A DNA stretch of 64,000 bases. Source: Minisyncoccota bacterium (GTDB lineage: Bacteria; Patescibacteriota; Minisyncoccia; Phycocordibacterales; UBA5272). Shown here piece by piece: positions 1 to 8,495 of this stretch. A program made the position numbers and the translations under genes. The stretch spans positions 77,471-141,470 of the forward strand of contig JAGOQU010000002.1 in NCBI GenBank assembly GCA_018063165.1, written 5' to 3'. Numbering within the stretch: position 1 is the stretch's first letter; each line of letters begins with the position of its first letter. A model generated the notes under the pieces. It had not been told where the DNA came from. It searched no databases and was given only the letters and a program-made list of their open reading frames with translations.

Positions 1-25
1 GTCTAAAAAATAATTTTTACTTTAT

Positions 26-1105
26 ATGCTTCATCCACAATTTGATTTTGATTCTGCTATACGTTGGCACTTGGATCAAGTTCGTAAACTGCGCGCACCA
101 ACTGGACTTTTTACTGCGTCTGCAAGTGATGTCACAACGGGTTACAATAAAGCATGGCTTCGTGATATTTATTTCATGACTCTTGGTTTTAAGTACACAG
201 GTGAATGGAATGTTGTGCAAGATGCAGCAAGGGCACTTCTTAAAATTCTAGCTCTTCATAAAGATAAGATAACATGGGCAGTAAACAATAAGCCATTTGA
301 AACATGGCAATATATACATGCGAGATATAATCCAGAAACATTTGAAGAATATTGGGAGGAGTGGGGGAATAAACAGAACGATGCAGTTGGAGAAGTTTTA
401 TATCTCATTTGTGATTGTGAATTATCTGGATATTCTGTTCTTGAAACAGAAGAAGATAAACAGCTTGTTCAAATGCTTGTTAATTATTTGAATGCTATTG
501 AATATTGGCATGATGCTGATTCTGGTATTTGGGAAGAAAATCAGGAAATGAGAGCTTCTTCTATCGGGTCTGTTGTAAGAGCTCTTTCAACAGCAAAACA
601 ACTTCCTTTTATTTTAATTCCAGATGACGCAATAGAAAAAGGTAATCAAGCTCTTAGGTCACTTCTTCCACGTGAGACGTCTACACGTTTTTGTGATCTT
701 GCCCTCCTTACACTTATTTTTCCATTTGAAGTAACAACAGAAGAGGAGACAAAAACCATACTTTCAAATGTTGAATATTTTCTTACTCGTGATATGGGGG
801 TTATACGATATAGAAATGATAGATATTATAATAAAAATAAAATTGATGGATATAGCGAAGAGGCTGAGTGGTCTATGGGTCTCGCATGGCTTGCTATTAT
901 TTATGCAAAAAGAGGTGATCTTGAAAAAGCAAAATATTATTTAGAGAGGTCAGAGAAAACAGTAAATAAAGATGGGCTTATTCCAGAGCTTTGGTATTCT
1001 CACACAGAGGAATCAAATGATAATATTCCACTTGGGTGGGCAGAAAGTATGCATGTAGTTGCTCTTGTGTGTGTAAAAGATTTGATTGCTAAAAATACTC
1101 AGTAA
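26..1105 (+). CDS. glycoside hydrolase family 15-like (glucoamylase/glucodextranase family) protein
   Basis: 359 aa ORF. Motifs GYNKAWLRD and SGIWEE resemble the GH15 (alpha/alpha)6 signatures (WxRD and the WEE general-acid region). It is short for a full GH15 enzyme. Confidence 0.5.
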   Translation: MLHPQFDFDSAIRWHLDQVRKLRAPTGLFTASASDVTTGYNKAWLRDIYFMTLGFKYTGEWNVVQDAARALLKILALHKDKITWAVNNKPFETWQYIHARYNPETFEEYWEEWGNKQNDAVGEVLYLICDCELSGYSVLETEEDKQLVQMLVNYLNAIEYWHDADSGIWEENQEMRASSIGSVVRALSTAKQLPFILIPDDAIEKGNQALRSLLPRETSTRFCDLALLTLIFPFEVTTEEETKTILSNVEYFLTRDMGVIRYRNDRYYNKNKIDGYSEEAEWSMGLAWLAIIYAKRGDLEKAKYYLERSEKTVNKDGLIPELWYSHTEESNDNIPLGWAESMHVVALVCVKDLIAKNTQ

Positions 1106-1170
1106 AAGTACGTATGCTTGGTTTGTTGTTTTGTCACAAAAGACAATGTAACCTGTTATACTAAGTAAGT

Positions 1171-1545
1171 ATGAATATACAAAAAATAAATAGAATTGTT
1201 ACATATATTTTTGTTGTACTTGCATGGTCACCTCACGCAGTTAAAGAATGTGTAGACGTATGTAACGGGCCTATTTTTATATCTCCTTTACTAGTCGGTT
1301 TTTTTACACCATTTGTACAACTCGATATGTCGATGCGTGGTTTTTTAATGCAACTTATATGGTCTATTCCTTTTATTTTTGTTATGTGGGGTATGATGTA
1401 TATACGAGATAATACGAAATATGGCACTTTTCTAAAAGTGTACCTTGTAGCATGGATTATTTTCGCTGTTATACTTCTTACGCTCTATAATCTTTTATTT
1501 TGGGGAGGTCTTCGTTCTTATATTTTTCCATTGTTTTATTTTTAA
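1171..1545 (+). CDS. small hydrophobic membrane protein (hypothetical)
   Basis: 124 aa ORF with multiple predicted transmembrane segments, immediately upstream of the flavocytochrome gene. No recognisable motif. Confidence 0.3.
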   Translation: MNIQKINRIVTYIFVVLAWSPHAVKECVDVCNGPIFISPLLVGFFTPFVQLDMSMRGFLMQLIWSIPFIFVMWGMMYIRDNTKYGTFLKVYLVAWIIFAVILLTLYNLLFWGGLRSYIFPLFYF

Positions 1546-1556
1546 TACGTATTACT

Positions 1557-2900
1557 ATGCCAAACAAGCAACAACTTTTTTTACACAGATTTAGAAATTC
1601 GTGGAGAATGGTACTTGGTAGTATTCTTGTTGTTCCTTTAATTGTATGGTCACAAATAACACCACTGTCTGAACGTTTTTCTGATATGACTAGTATTTTT
1701 GATTCGTTAGGTCAAATCACTGGAATAACAGGCACCCTTCTTTTCTCGTGGTCACTTATTCTTAGTTACAGAAATAGAATAACAGAAATTATATTTGGTG
1801 GTCTTGATAAAGTGTATCGTATACATCATTTGTCGGGTATGTACGGGCTCTTTTTGCTTTTATTACACCCATTATTTTTGAGTGTAACGAAACTGTCATA
1901 TTCTGCTGAATATGCTATGAATTTTTTTACACCTTTTAAAACATCAACGGCTGTTGATTTTGGTATTTTCTCTCTTTTGTTTTTTATGATCCTTATAGGT
2001 ATTACTCTTTTTGGTGTTATTTTTTCTTATCAGTCACTCAAAAAATTTCATATGTTTCTTGGTGCTGCTTTTTTGCTTGGTGCTGTTCATGGTTTTTTGA
2101 TAGAAAGTGATATTAATGAAAATGTTTTTCTTCGTGTATGGGTTCTTGGTTTTGTTATTCTAGGACTGTGTTGTTATGTTGCCTATACATTTCTAAAAAA
2201 GATCACTGTTCCTAGAAAGTTATTTACTATTTCTGACGTACAAAAAAAAGAAGGAGGTGTTACTCAAGTTTCACTTGTTCCTATGACGGAAGGTATTGTT
2301 CATTTACCTGGACAATTTTGTTTTTTTTCTTTTGTTAATTCTTCTGTTGTAAAAAATAATGAAGCACATCCTTTTACAGTGTCTTCATGGAAAAATGATG
2401 GAAGTGTTGTTATTTCTGTTAAAACATTGGGTGATTTTACAGAGAGTTTTGCACAGGAAAAAGTTGGGGTTTTGGTTGAAGTAGAAGGACCCTTTGGTGA
2501 ATTTAGTTATGGGTATGGTTGCGAAAAACAAGTATGGATAGCAGGTGGTATTGGTGTAACACCTTTCGCTTCTTTTGCTGAACATATAGTAACTCAAAAA
2601 GATTTTATATATGATGTTGATTTTTTCTATTCTGTAAAAACAAAAAATGACGATGTATTTAATGATTTATTTAATAAAGTTTCAGAGTTACACCCTTCTT
2701 TTAAATATTATTGTGTACCAAGTGATACAGAAGGGTATGTATCTGGTGAAATGATTGTACAAAAAGTGTCTGACATCTTTGTTAGAGATATATTTATGTG
2801 TGGCCCACCTCTAATGATGAATTCATTAGAAGCTTCACTTGAAAAGTTAGATGTAAAACAGTCAAACATTCATTCGGAATTGTTTTCGTTATTAAAATAA
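1557..2900 (+). CDS. ferric-reductase/NADPH-oxidase-like flavocytochrome (heme-binding FRD domain plus FAD/NAD(P)-binding domain)
   Basis: Paired His in transmembrane helices (IHHLSGMYGLFLLLLHP and HMFLGAAFLLGAVHG) match bis-heme ferric-reductase spacing. HPFTVSS matches the FAD-binding HPFT motif and GGIGVTPFAS the NAD(P) motif. The first ATG is at 1557; the track ORF begins at a TTG at 1500. Confidence 0.7.
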   Translation: MPNKQQLFLHRFRNSWRMVLGSILVVPLIVWSQITPLSERFSDMTSIFDSLGQITGITGTLLFSWSLILSYRNRITEIIFGGLDKVYRIHHLSGMYGLFLLLLHPLFLSVTKLSYSAEYAMNFFTPFKTSTAVDFGIFSLLFFMILIGITLFGVIFSYQSLKKFHMFLGAAFLLGAVHGFLIESDINENVFLRVWVLGFVILGLCCYVAYTFLKKITVPRKLFTISDVQKKEGGVTQVSLVPMTEGIVHLPGQFCFFSFVNSSVVKNNEAHPFTVSSWKNDGSVVISVKTLGDFTESFAQEKVGVLVEVEGPFGEFSYGYGCEKQVWIAGGIGVTPFASFAEHIVTQKDFIYDVDFFYSVKTKNDDVFNDLFNKVSELHPSFKYYCVPSDTEGYVSGEMIVQKVSDIFVRDIFMCGPPLMMNSLEASLEKLDVKQSNIHSELFSLLK

Positions 2901-2911
2901 AATTACTTATT

Positions 2912-3451
2912 ATGAAAAATACTTTTATTATAGCTGTCTGTATATTTTGGGGATTCGTTATTGCTGTTATAAGTGCAGGGTATATTGTAAAACAAAATAG
3001 AATAGCTCAAGAAGATATGCAAAAGAAATATGTAGATAGTTTAAAACAGATAACTGAAAGTCTTGTAAAAACAAATCAAGGAAACACTACGACAACATCT
3101 CAACAAGCACAAGTTGTTACAAAGGGTGAGGGTGTTAAGAATGTGTCTGTAAGTAAAACTCCTACAAATGTAGGCCAAGCACCGTCTACTGTTACTTCAC
3201 CAAAGATTGTGTCTAATCAAAATTCTCTTACGATGGATATTGTAGCTAAGCATAATTCACAAAATGATTGTTGGATAGTAATTAATCGTAAGGTGTATTC
3301 TGTGACATCATATATTCCTATGCACCCAGGTGGAGCAAAAAGAATAGTACGATTGTGTGGTGCTGATGCTACTAGTGGATATGATGGACAAGGACATTCG
3401 AGTTACGCAAATTCGTTACTGGGTTCATATTTAGTTGGTCCTTTGCAATAA
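2912..3451 (+). CDS. membrane-anchored cytochrome b5-like heme-binding protein
   Basis: N-terminal transmembrane helix and a Thr/Ser-rich linker. The C-terminal CWIVINRKVYSVTSYIPMHPGG matches the cytochrome b5 signature (W..VYDVT.F...HPGG). Confidence 0.7.
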   Translation: MKNTFIIAVCIFWGFVIAVISAGYIVKQNRIAQEDMQKKYVDSLKQITESLVKTNQGNTTTTSQQAQVVTKGEGVKNVSVSKTPTNVGQAPSTVTSPKIVSNQNSLTMDIVAKHNSQNDCWIVINRKVYSVTSYIPMHPGGAKRIVRLCGADATSGYDGQGHSSYANSLLGSYLVGPLQ

Positions 3452-3455
3452 ATAA

Positions 3456-3797
3456 ATGAATTCTATTTTTCTTTTTACAGGTGTTACGGTGTGTGCGATA
3501 GGAACAGTATTTTTTTCTAATTCTCTTATTGCTCGTGAAAATAAAAAACAAGCAAACGCTGTAGTAACTTTTACAGACCAAAAATACAAAGAACATGTGG
3601 CAAGTCGTAAAGTTTCTGAGGTTCTGCCTACTAGTGTTTTAAAAAAAGAAACAGGGGGCACGAATACAAGTCTTATATTTCAATCTTCAAATTCTATTGG
3701 CGACACACAACAAAACAATAATAAAGCACAAGAACCACTTTCTGTAAAAAATAACATATATCATGATGAAGAGGATGAGGAAGAAGATGATGATTAA
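3456..3797 (+). CDS. hypothetical secreted/membrane protein with polyacidic C-terminal tail
   Basis: 113 aa. N-terminal hydrophobic segment and a DEEDEEEDDD tail. No known motif. Confidence 0.35.
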   Translation: MNSIFLFTGVTVCAIGTVFFSNSLIARENKKQANAVVTFTDQKYKEHVASRKVSEVLPTSVLKKETGGTNTSLIFQSSNSIGDTQQNNNKAQEPLSVKNNIYHDEEDEEEDDD

Positions 3798-3870
3798 AAT
3801 AGGTATCTGATTAGTAATTTTTTGAAATAGAATTTGCTTTTCATATTAGTAAGTGCTAATATGAAATAGT

Positions 3871-4137
3871 ATGGTTAAAAAAGAAAATATATATAAAGTG
3901 TTTTCAAATAAAAAAAGGGTAGAACTTATTATGTGTTTAACTCAAGAGAAATGTGTTACTGATTTACTTTCTTTGTGTACTCTTTCACAGTCAGCTTTAT
4001 CACAACATCTTAAAATATTAAAAGATGCAGATATGGTTTCTTGTAAGAGAGAATGGAAACAACAAAAATATCATGTTAAAAATAAACAGGTAAAAAAAAT
4101 AGCAGAATTATTATTAGCTTTAGAAAATAATATATAG
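3871..4137 (+). CDS. ArsR/SmtB family transcriptional regulator
   Basis: 88 aa. RVELIMCL...TDLLSLCTLSQSALSQHLKILKDADMV fits the ArsR winged-HTH pattern. Confidence 0.65.
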   Translation: MVKKENIYKVFSNKKRVELIMCLTQEKCVTDLLSLCTLSQSALSQHLKILKDADMVSCKREWKQQKYHVKNKQVKKIAELLLALENNI

Positions 4138-4140
4138 TAT

Positions 4141-4446
4141 ATGTTTGGATTATTTAGAAAAAAAGAAATGGTTGATGTAAAAGACTTGGTAAAAAATGGT
4201 GCGATTATACTTGATGTGCGTAGTAAAGAAGAATTTAATAGTGGTCATATTAAGGGAGCGGTTAATATTCCTTTAGATGCTCTTGCTTCGTCTGTTTCAA
4301 AACTTGGTAATAAAGATAAAAATATCATCACCTGTTGCATGTCAGGTGGAAGAAGTTCTATGGCAAAAAGTATTTTACATGGAGCTGGGTATAACAATGT
4401 TCATAATGGTGGTGGATGGCATTCTTTACAAAATAAACTTAATTAA
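4141..4446 (+). CDS. single-domain rhodanese-like sulfurtransferase
   Basis: 101 aa. DVRSKEEFNSGHIKGAVNIP and the CCMSGGRS active-site Cys loop are typical rhodanese. Confidence 0.75.
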   Translation: MFGLFRKKEMVDVKDLVKNGAIILDVRSKEEFNSGHIKGAVNIPLDALASSVSKLGNKDKNIITCCMSGGRSSMAKSILHGAGYNNVHNGGGWHSLQNKLN

Positions 4447-4459
4447 TTTTTTAAAAACT

Positions 4460-4702
4460 ATGACTAATAAAAAAGTGATCGTATATTCAACACAAGCGTG
4501 TCATTATTGTGTTTTGGCAAAAAATCATCTTACAAAAATGGGTGTTGCTTATGAGGATAAAAATGTTGGTGTAGATAGAGTGGCTGCACAAGAAATGATT
4601 ATGAAAAGTGGTCAAATGGGTGTTCCTGTTGTTGATATTGACGGGGAGATAATCGTAGGCTTTAGACCTGATGTTTTTGAAAAGCTTATTAATTCTAAAT
4701 AA
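4460..4702 (+). CDS. glutaredoxin-like protein (Grx/NrdH family)
   Basis: VIVYSTQACHYCVLAKNHL carries a CxxC motif and the thioredoxin-fold pattern. The internal ATG at 4460 was chosen because the track ORF 4277..4702 overlaps the upstream rhodanese gene. Confidence 0.7.
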   Translation: MTNKKVIVYSTQACHYCVLAKNHLTKMGVAYEDKNVGVDRVAAQEMIMKSGQMGVPVVDIDGEIIVGFRPDVFEKLINSK

Positions 4703-4709
4703 AAATAGA

Positions 4710-5705
4710 ATGAAAAATAAAAATAATAGCTTTGTATTATTTGGAGCAATTGGTTTGATTATATTTGCATTATTTATAGCAACTTTTACAAAGAGTAATT
4801 CTTGGCTTTTGGGTTCAGATTTTATGAATACATATAATGCTACTCCTAATTCTGTACTTGTGGATGTTAGAACTCCTGGTGAGTTTTTGACAGGACATAT
4901 TGATAAAGCTGTTAATATTGATTTTGAGAATCAGTCATTTCTTTCAGAGATTAAAAAACTTGACGTAAATAAAACATATTTCATTTATTGTCGCTCTGGC
5001 AATAGATCAGGACAGGTTATTTCTTTGATGAAAGCAAATGGAATAAAAAATATTTATGAACTACAAGGAGGAATTGTTTCTAATAAAAACACTATAACAC
5101 TTGTAACAGCAAATATCAGTGAGCCAGAATATGTTATTGATGAAAGTGATATGATTAATGGTCAGGCTCTTATTTCAGGAATAAAAAAATCAGAATTAAC
5201 TGAAAAGGAAAAACTTGGGCTTATTCAAATGCGTGAAGAAGAAAAATTAGCTCGAGATGTATATACAACACTTGGAAATGTATGGGGTACAAGAATCTTT
5301 TCTAATATTGCTTCTTCGGAACAAACACATACCGATGCTATAAAAGTGCTTCTTACAAGGTATACTATTAAAGACCCTGTAATAAATGATACTGTTGGAG
5401 TGTTCACTTCAAAAACTATGCAAGAACTTTATGATAATCTTGTTTCCCAAGGAAAAGTTTCATTATCAGAAGCTTTTAAAGTTGGTGCCACTATTGAAGA
5501 TTTAGATATTCATGATTTGGATATTCTTAAAAATGAAACAACGAAGGAAGATATTTTACTTACATACAACAATTTACAGAAAGGGTCTCGTAATCATTTA
5601 AGAGCTTTCGTAAGAGTAAGTGGTGTTAACTATACCCCTAAATATATTAGTCAGTCAGATTATGCTTCAATCATTAGCTCTTCTCAAGAAAGAGGGAGAC
5701 AGTAA
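4710..5705 (+). CDS. membrane-anchored rhodanese domain fused to a ferritin-like (DUF2202-type) domain
   Basis: N-terminal transmembrane segment. Rhodanese motifs VDVRTPGEFLTGHIDKAVNI and YCRSGNRSGQ. The C-terminal half (EEEKLARDVY ... SEQTHTDAIKVLL ... RNHLRAF) resembles the ferritin-like DUF2202 family. Start placed at the ATG after the glutaredoxin stop. Confidence 0.55.
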   Translation: MKNKNNSFVLFGAIGLIIFALFIATFTKSNSWLLGSDFMNTYNATPNSVLVDVRTPGEFLTGHIDKAVNIDFENQSFLSEIKKLDVNKTYFIYCRSGNRSGQVISLMKANGIKNIYELQGGIVSNKNTITLVTANISEPEYVIDESDMINGQALISGIKKSELTEKEKLGLIQMREEEKLARDVYTTLGNVWGTRIFSNIASSEQTHTDAIKVLLTRYTIKDPVINDTVGVFTSKTMQELYDNLVSQGKVSLSEAFKVGATIEDLDIHDLDILKNETTKEDILLTYNNLQKGSRNHLRAFVRVSGVNYTPKYISQSDYASIISSSQERGRQ

Positions 5706-5728
5706 TTATTACAATCTAAAATAGTACT

Positions 5729-6631
5729 ATGAAAATAATTAAAAATATCGGAGTCTTTGATAGAGTTATTAGATTATTTCTTTCAGAAATTTTTTTCTTA
5801 CTTGCATTTTTCTGGACATATGGAACATTACAGATCGTGTTATACGTTCTTTCGTTTGTAATGCTCGCTACGTCATTATTTAGATTCTGTGGTTTGTATA
5901 CTCTTTTCAAAATAAATACTTGTCCTTCAAATGAAAAGCTCATGTCAAAATTCACAATTGGTTTTTCCGTATTACTTTTTGTTGTAATAGCTGTGGTGGG
6001 AAGTTACTACAGCACCTTCTTCACTAAAAAATTCTTTTTAGAAGATTACAATAGAATGAATCAATACTACAAGCAAACACTTTTCTTTACTGGTCAGAAC
6101 AATCGGACAGAAGCAGTGAGTAATTACACTAATCTTGTGAAAGAGTACAGCGTTTTCTATAATAAATATTATACATATCACCCATTTGTTATTTCAAAAG
6201 ATGAGTATTTTAATGAAGATTTAATTTTAATTAAAGATAAAATTATTTCACTTGAAACTGATGTGAATAGTGGAAACCTACTTTCTACCCATTTGGAATT
6301 TGAAATAATTAGACCAATTTTCCAAGATATTTTAAAAAGGAATAATTTTTCAATGCTTGCTGTTTACTTGGTAGATTTTCATGATGCTATGGAAAAGGTT
6401 ATTGCAGGTGCAGATGCTAAGAATGCTTCAGAAGTTATTTCTGTATATCAAGAGGTAAGTGATAAACTAAAAGCAGTAGAAGATGTTGCAAATGATATAG
6501 AGATACAAACTATTCGTCAGAAATTAGAACAAATCACAGCTTCTGCAAGAAGTGGAAATGTGGAAGTTTTACCTACACAAGGAGCAGAATTAAAAAGTAG
6601 CTTTGTTAAAGTGTATTTAAAGAGAGGATAA
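5729..6631 (+). CDS. DUF2892 (YgaP-like) membrane-domain protein with C-terminal extension of unknown function
   Basis: N-terminus IGVFDRVIRLFL ... RFCGLYTLFKINTCP matches the DUF2892 pattern (DR.IR ... G.CP.Y...G..TC). That domain is commonly associated with rhodanese genes. Confidence 0.45.
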   Translation: MKIIKNIGVFDRVIRLFLSEIFFLLAFFWTYGTLQIVLYVLSFVMLATSLFRFCGLYTLFKINTCPSNEKLMSKFTIGFSVLLFVVIAVVGSYYSTFFTKKFFLEDYNRMNQYYKQTLFFTGQNNRTEAVSNYTNLVKEYSVFYNKYYTYHPFVISKDEYFNEDLILIKDKIISLETDVNSGNLLSTHLEFEIIRPIFQDILKRNNFSMLAVYLVDFHDAMEKVIAGADAKNASEVISVYQEVSDKLKAVEDVANDIEIQTIRQKLEQITASARSGNVEVLPTQGAELKSSFVKVYLKRG

Positions 6632-6655
6632 TAATAGAAAATAAATAATAAAAAT

Positions 6656-6880
6656 ATGTCAGTATTTAAAATAAAAACATCACATTGGTATATAGGAAGA
6701 ATTGTGTATCTTCTTGCTGGAATTATTACGCTCACATCAGGATTACTCGTTTTAACTACAGGGGTGGTAGCTTGGGCGTTTCTCGCATTATTCGTCGCAC
6801 TTATGCAAATAATTTTTGCTCTAACTGGATATTGTTTGAGTGCAATTATTATGGATAAGTTTGGTATTCCAAGAGAATAA
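6656..6880 (+). CDS. small DUF2892-family membrane protein
   Basis: 74 aa, two transmembrane segments. GRIVYLLAG ... LTGYCLSAIIMDKFGI is DUF2892-like. Confidence 0.45.
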   Translation: MSVFKIKTSHWYIGRIVYLLAGIITLTSGLLVLTTGVVAWAFLALFVALMQIIFALTGYCLSAIIMDKFGIPRE

Positions 6881-6915
6881 AAAGTGTTCTATCTAATTAA
6901 TACATTTTTTATATA

Positions 6916-8427
6916 ATGAAGAAAAACATAAAAAATATAATACATAATAGTGTTTATTTTAGACGTGTTTTTTTAATTAAAATAGTATTGTTTATTGTTT
7001 TATGTGTAGGTATTTGGAATGTTTGGAAACCTTTACCTGAAAATATTAATAAAAAATGGGGGCAAAGAAATGTGAATGAATCTCAGGTTGCATTTTTGCA
7101 AGACACTACTTACTTTACTTCCGAGGGAGAAAGGAAAGTTGATCAACATATTTTTAATGAAGTTATAGGTATGGTGCGTAATGCGCATTCCTATATTCTT
7201 GTAGATATGTTTTTATGGAATGATTATCTTGGTGGATCAACTACAACACAAAGAAAAATCGCACAAGAATTAGCAACAGAACTTATTCTTAAAAAGAAAG
7301 AAAATCCAAATATAGTAATTGAAGTAATTAGTGACCCTATTAATATTTCCTATTACGGAGGAGTGTCTGATATTTTTGAAAACATGAAAAAGTCTGGTAT
7401 TGATGTAACATTTACGAACCTTTCAAAATTAAGAGACAGTAATCCACTTTTTTCTTCTTTTTGGAGAGTTTTTGTTAATTCTCTTGATATGTTACACGTA
7501 TATCTTTTTAATTCTTATTATACATTTAGAATTTTCCCTAATATTATTAATGCTGGTGGTGAGCCTGTAACACTACGATCATTTCTCTCATTGTTAAATT
7601 TTAAAGCTAACCATAGAAAATTAATAGTTACAGATGAGTTTAGAGAGGGTGGTATACATTATGTAAGCTTAGTGGCATCAGCAAATCCTCACGATGGATC
7701 AAGTTCTCATAGTAATGTAGCAATTAAGATTGACGGTGATATAGCGAAAGATATTATTCTAAGTGAAAATCAGATTTTAAATCTCTCAGGAAAAAGTACT
7801 AAAGCTCAGACATTAGATAACGTTGCGCCTAGTGGTGATATAAAAGTTGCTTTAGTTACAGATGGTGCTATTAAAGATGAAGTTATTTCTCTTATAAGAA
7901 ATACACAAAAAGGTGATTCTATTAATCTGTTAATGTTTTATATTTCAGATAGGGATATTATTAGAGAATTGGTTGATGCTGCAAAAAGAGATGTTTCTGT
8001 GCATATTATTCTTGACCCAAATAAAGATGCGTTTGGAAGAGAGAAAAATGGAATTCCTAATAGAGAAACCGCTGATTCTTTAGTTAAAAAAAGTTCCAAT
8101 AAAATAGTTATTAGATGGTGTGATACACATGGAGAACAGTGTCATGGAAAAATGCTATTAGTAAAACAAAAAGATACACATTCAGTGTTACTTGGTTCAG
8201 CTAATTATACAAGAAGAAATATCGGTGGATATAATCTTGAGACAGATATTTTAGTAACATCAAAAAATGTATTTACAGCATGGAATGATTCATCAGAATA
8301 TTTTTCAAAACTTTGGAATAATGAAAATATGCTTTTTACAACTGAATATACTGTATACAAAGACGAATCAGTTTTTAAGAAAATAATTTCTTGGATAATG
8401 GAAAATAGTGGAGTAGGAACATTTTAA
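6916..8427 (+). CDS. phospholipase D / cardiolipin synthase family protein
   Basis: N-terminal transmembrane segment. Two HKD-like motifs: HRKLIVTD ... SANPH and HGKMLLVKQKDTHSVLLGSANYTRRN. Confidence 0.55.
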   Translation: MKKNIKNIIHNSVYFRRVFLIKIVLFIVLCVGIWNVWKPLPENINKKWGQRNVNESQVAFLQDTTYFTSEGERKVDQHIFNEVIGMVRNAHSYILVDMFLWNDYLGGSTTTQRKIAQELATELILKKKENPNIVIEVISDPINISYYGGVSDIFENMKKSGIDVTFTNLSKLRDSNPLFSSFWRVFVNSLDMLHVYLFNSYYTFRIFPNIINAGGEPVTLRSFLSLLNFKANHRKLIVTDEFREGGIHYVSLVASANPHDGSSSHSNVAIKIDGDIAKDIILSENQILNLSGKSTKAQTLDNVAPSGDIKVALVTDGAIKDEVISLIRNTQKGDSINLLMFYISDRDIIRELVDAAKRDVSVHIILDPNKDAFGREKNGIPNRETADSLVKKSSNKIVIRWCDTHGEQCHGKMLLVKQKDTHSVLLGSANYTRRNIGGYNLETDILVTSKNVFTAWNDSSEYFSKLWNNENMLFTTEYTVYKDESVFKKIISWIMENSGVGTF

Positions 8428-8495
8428 ATAAAAAATATAGTTGTTGTGATTATTTTTTGGAAAATAAAAGTAAAGAGTGTTACACTGTTTGACAT

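Noticed and set aside
17-220. 67 aa minus-strand ORF
   Set aside because: It lies entirely inside, and antisense to, the GH15-like gene and has no motif. AT-rich antisense frames commonly stay open.
4277-4459. Upstream 61 codons of the 4277..4702 ORF
   Set aside because: This part overlaps the rhodanese gene in another frame. The glutaredoxin homology starts at the ATG at 4460.
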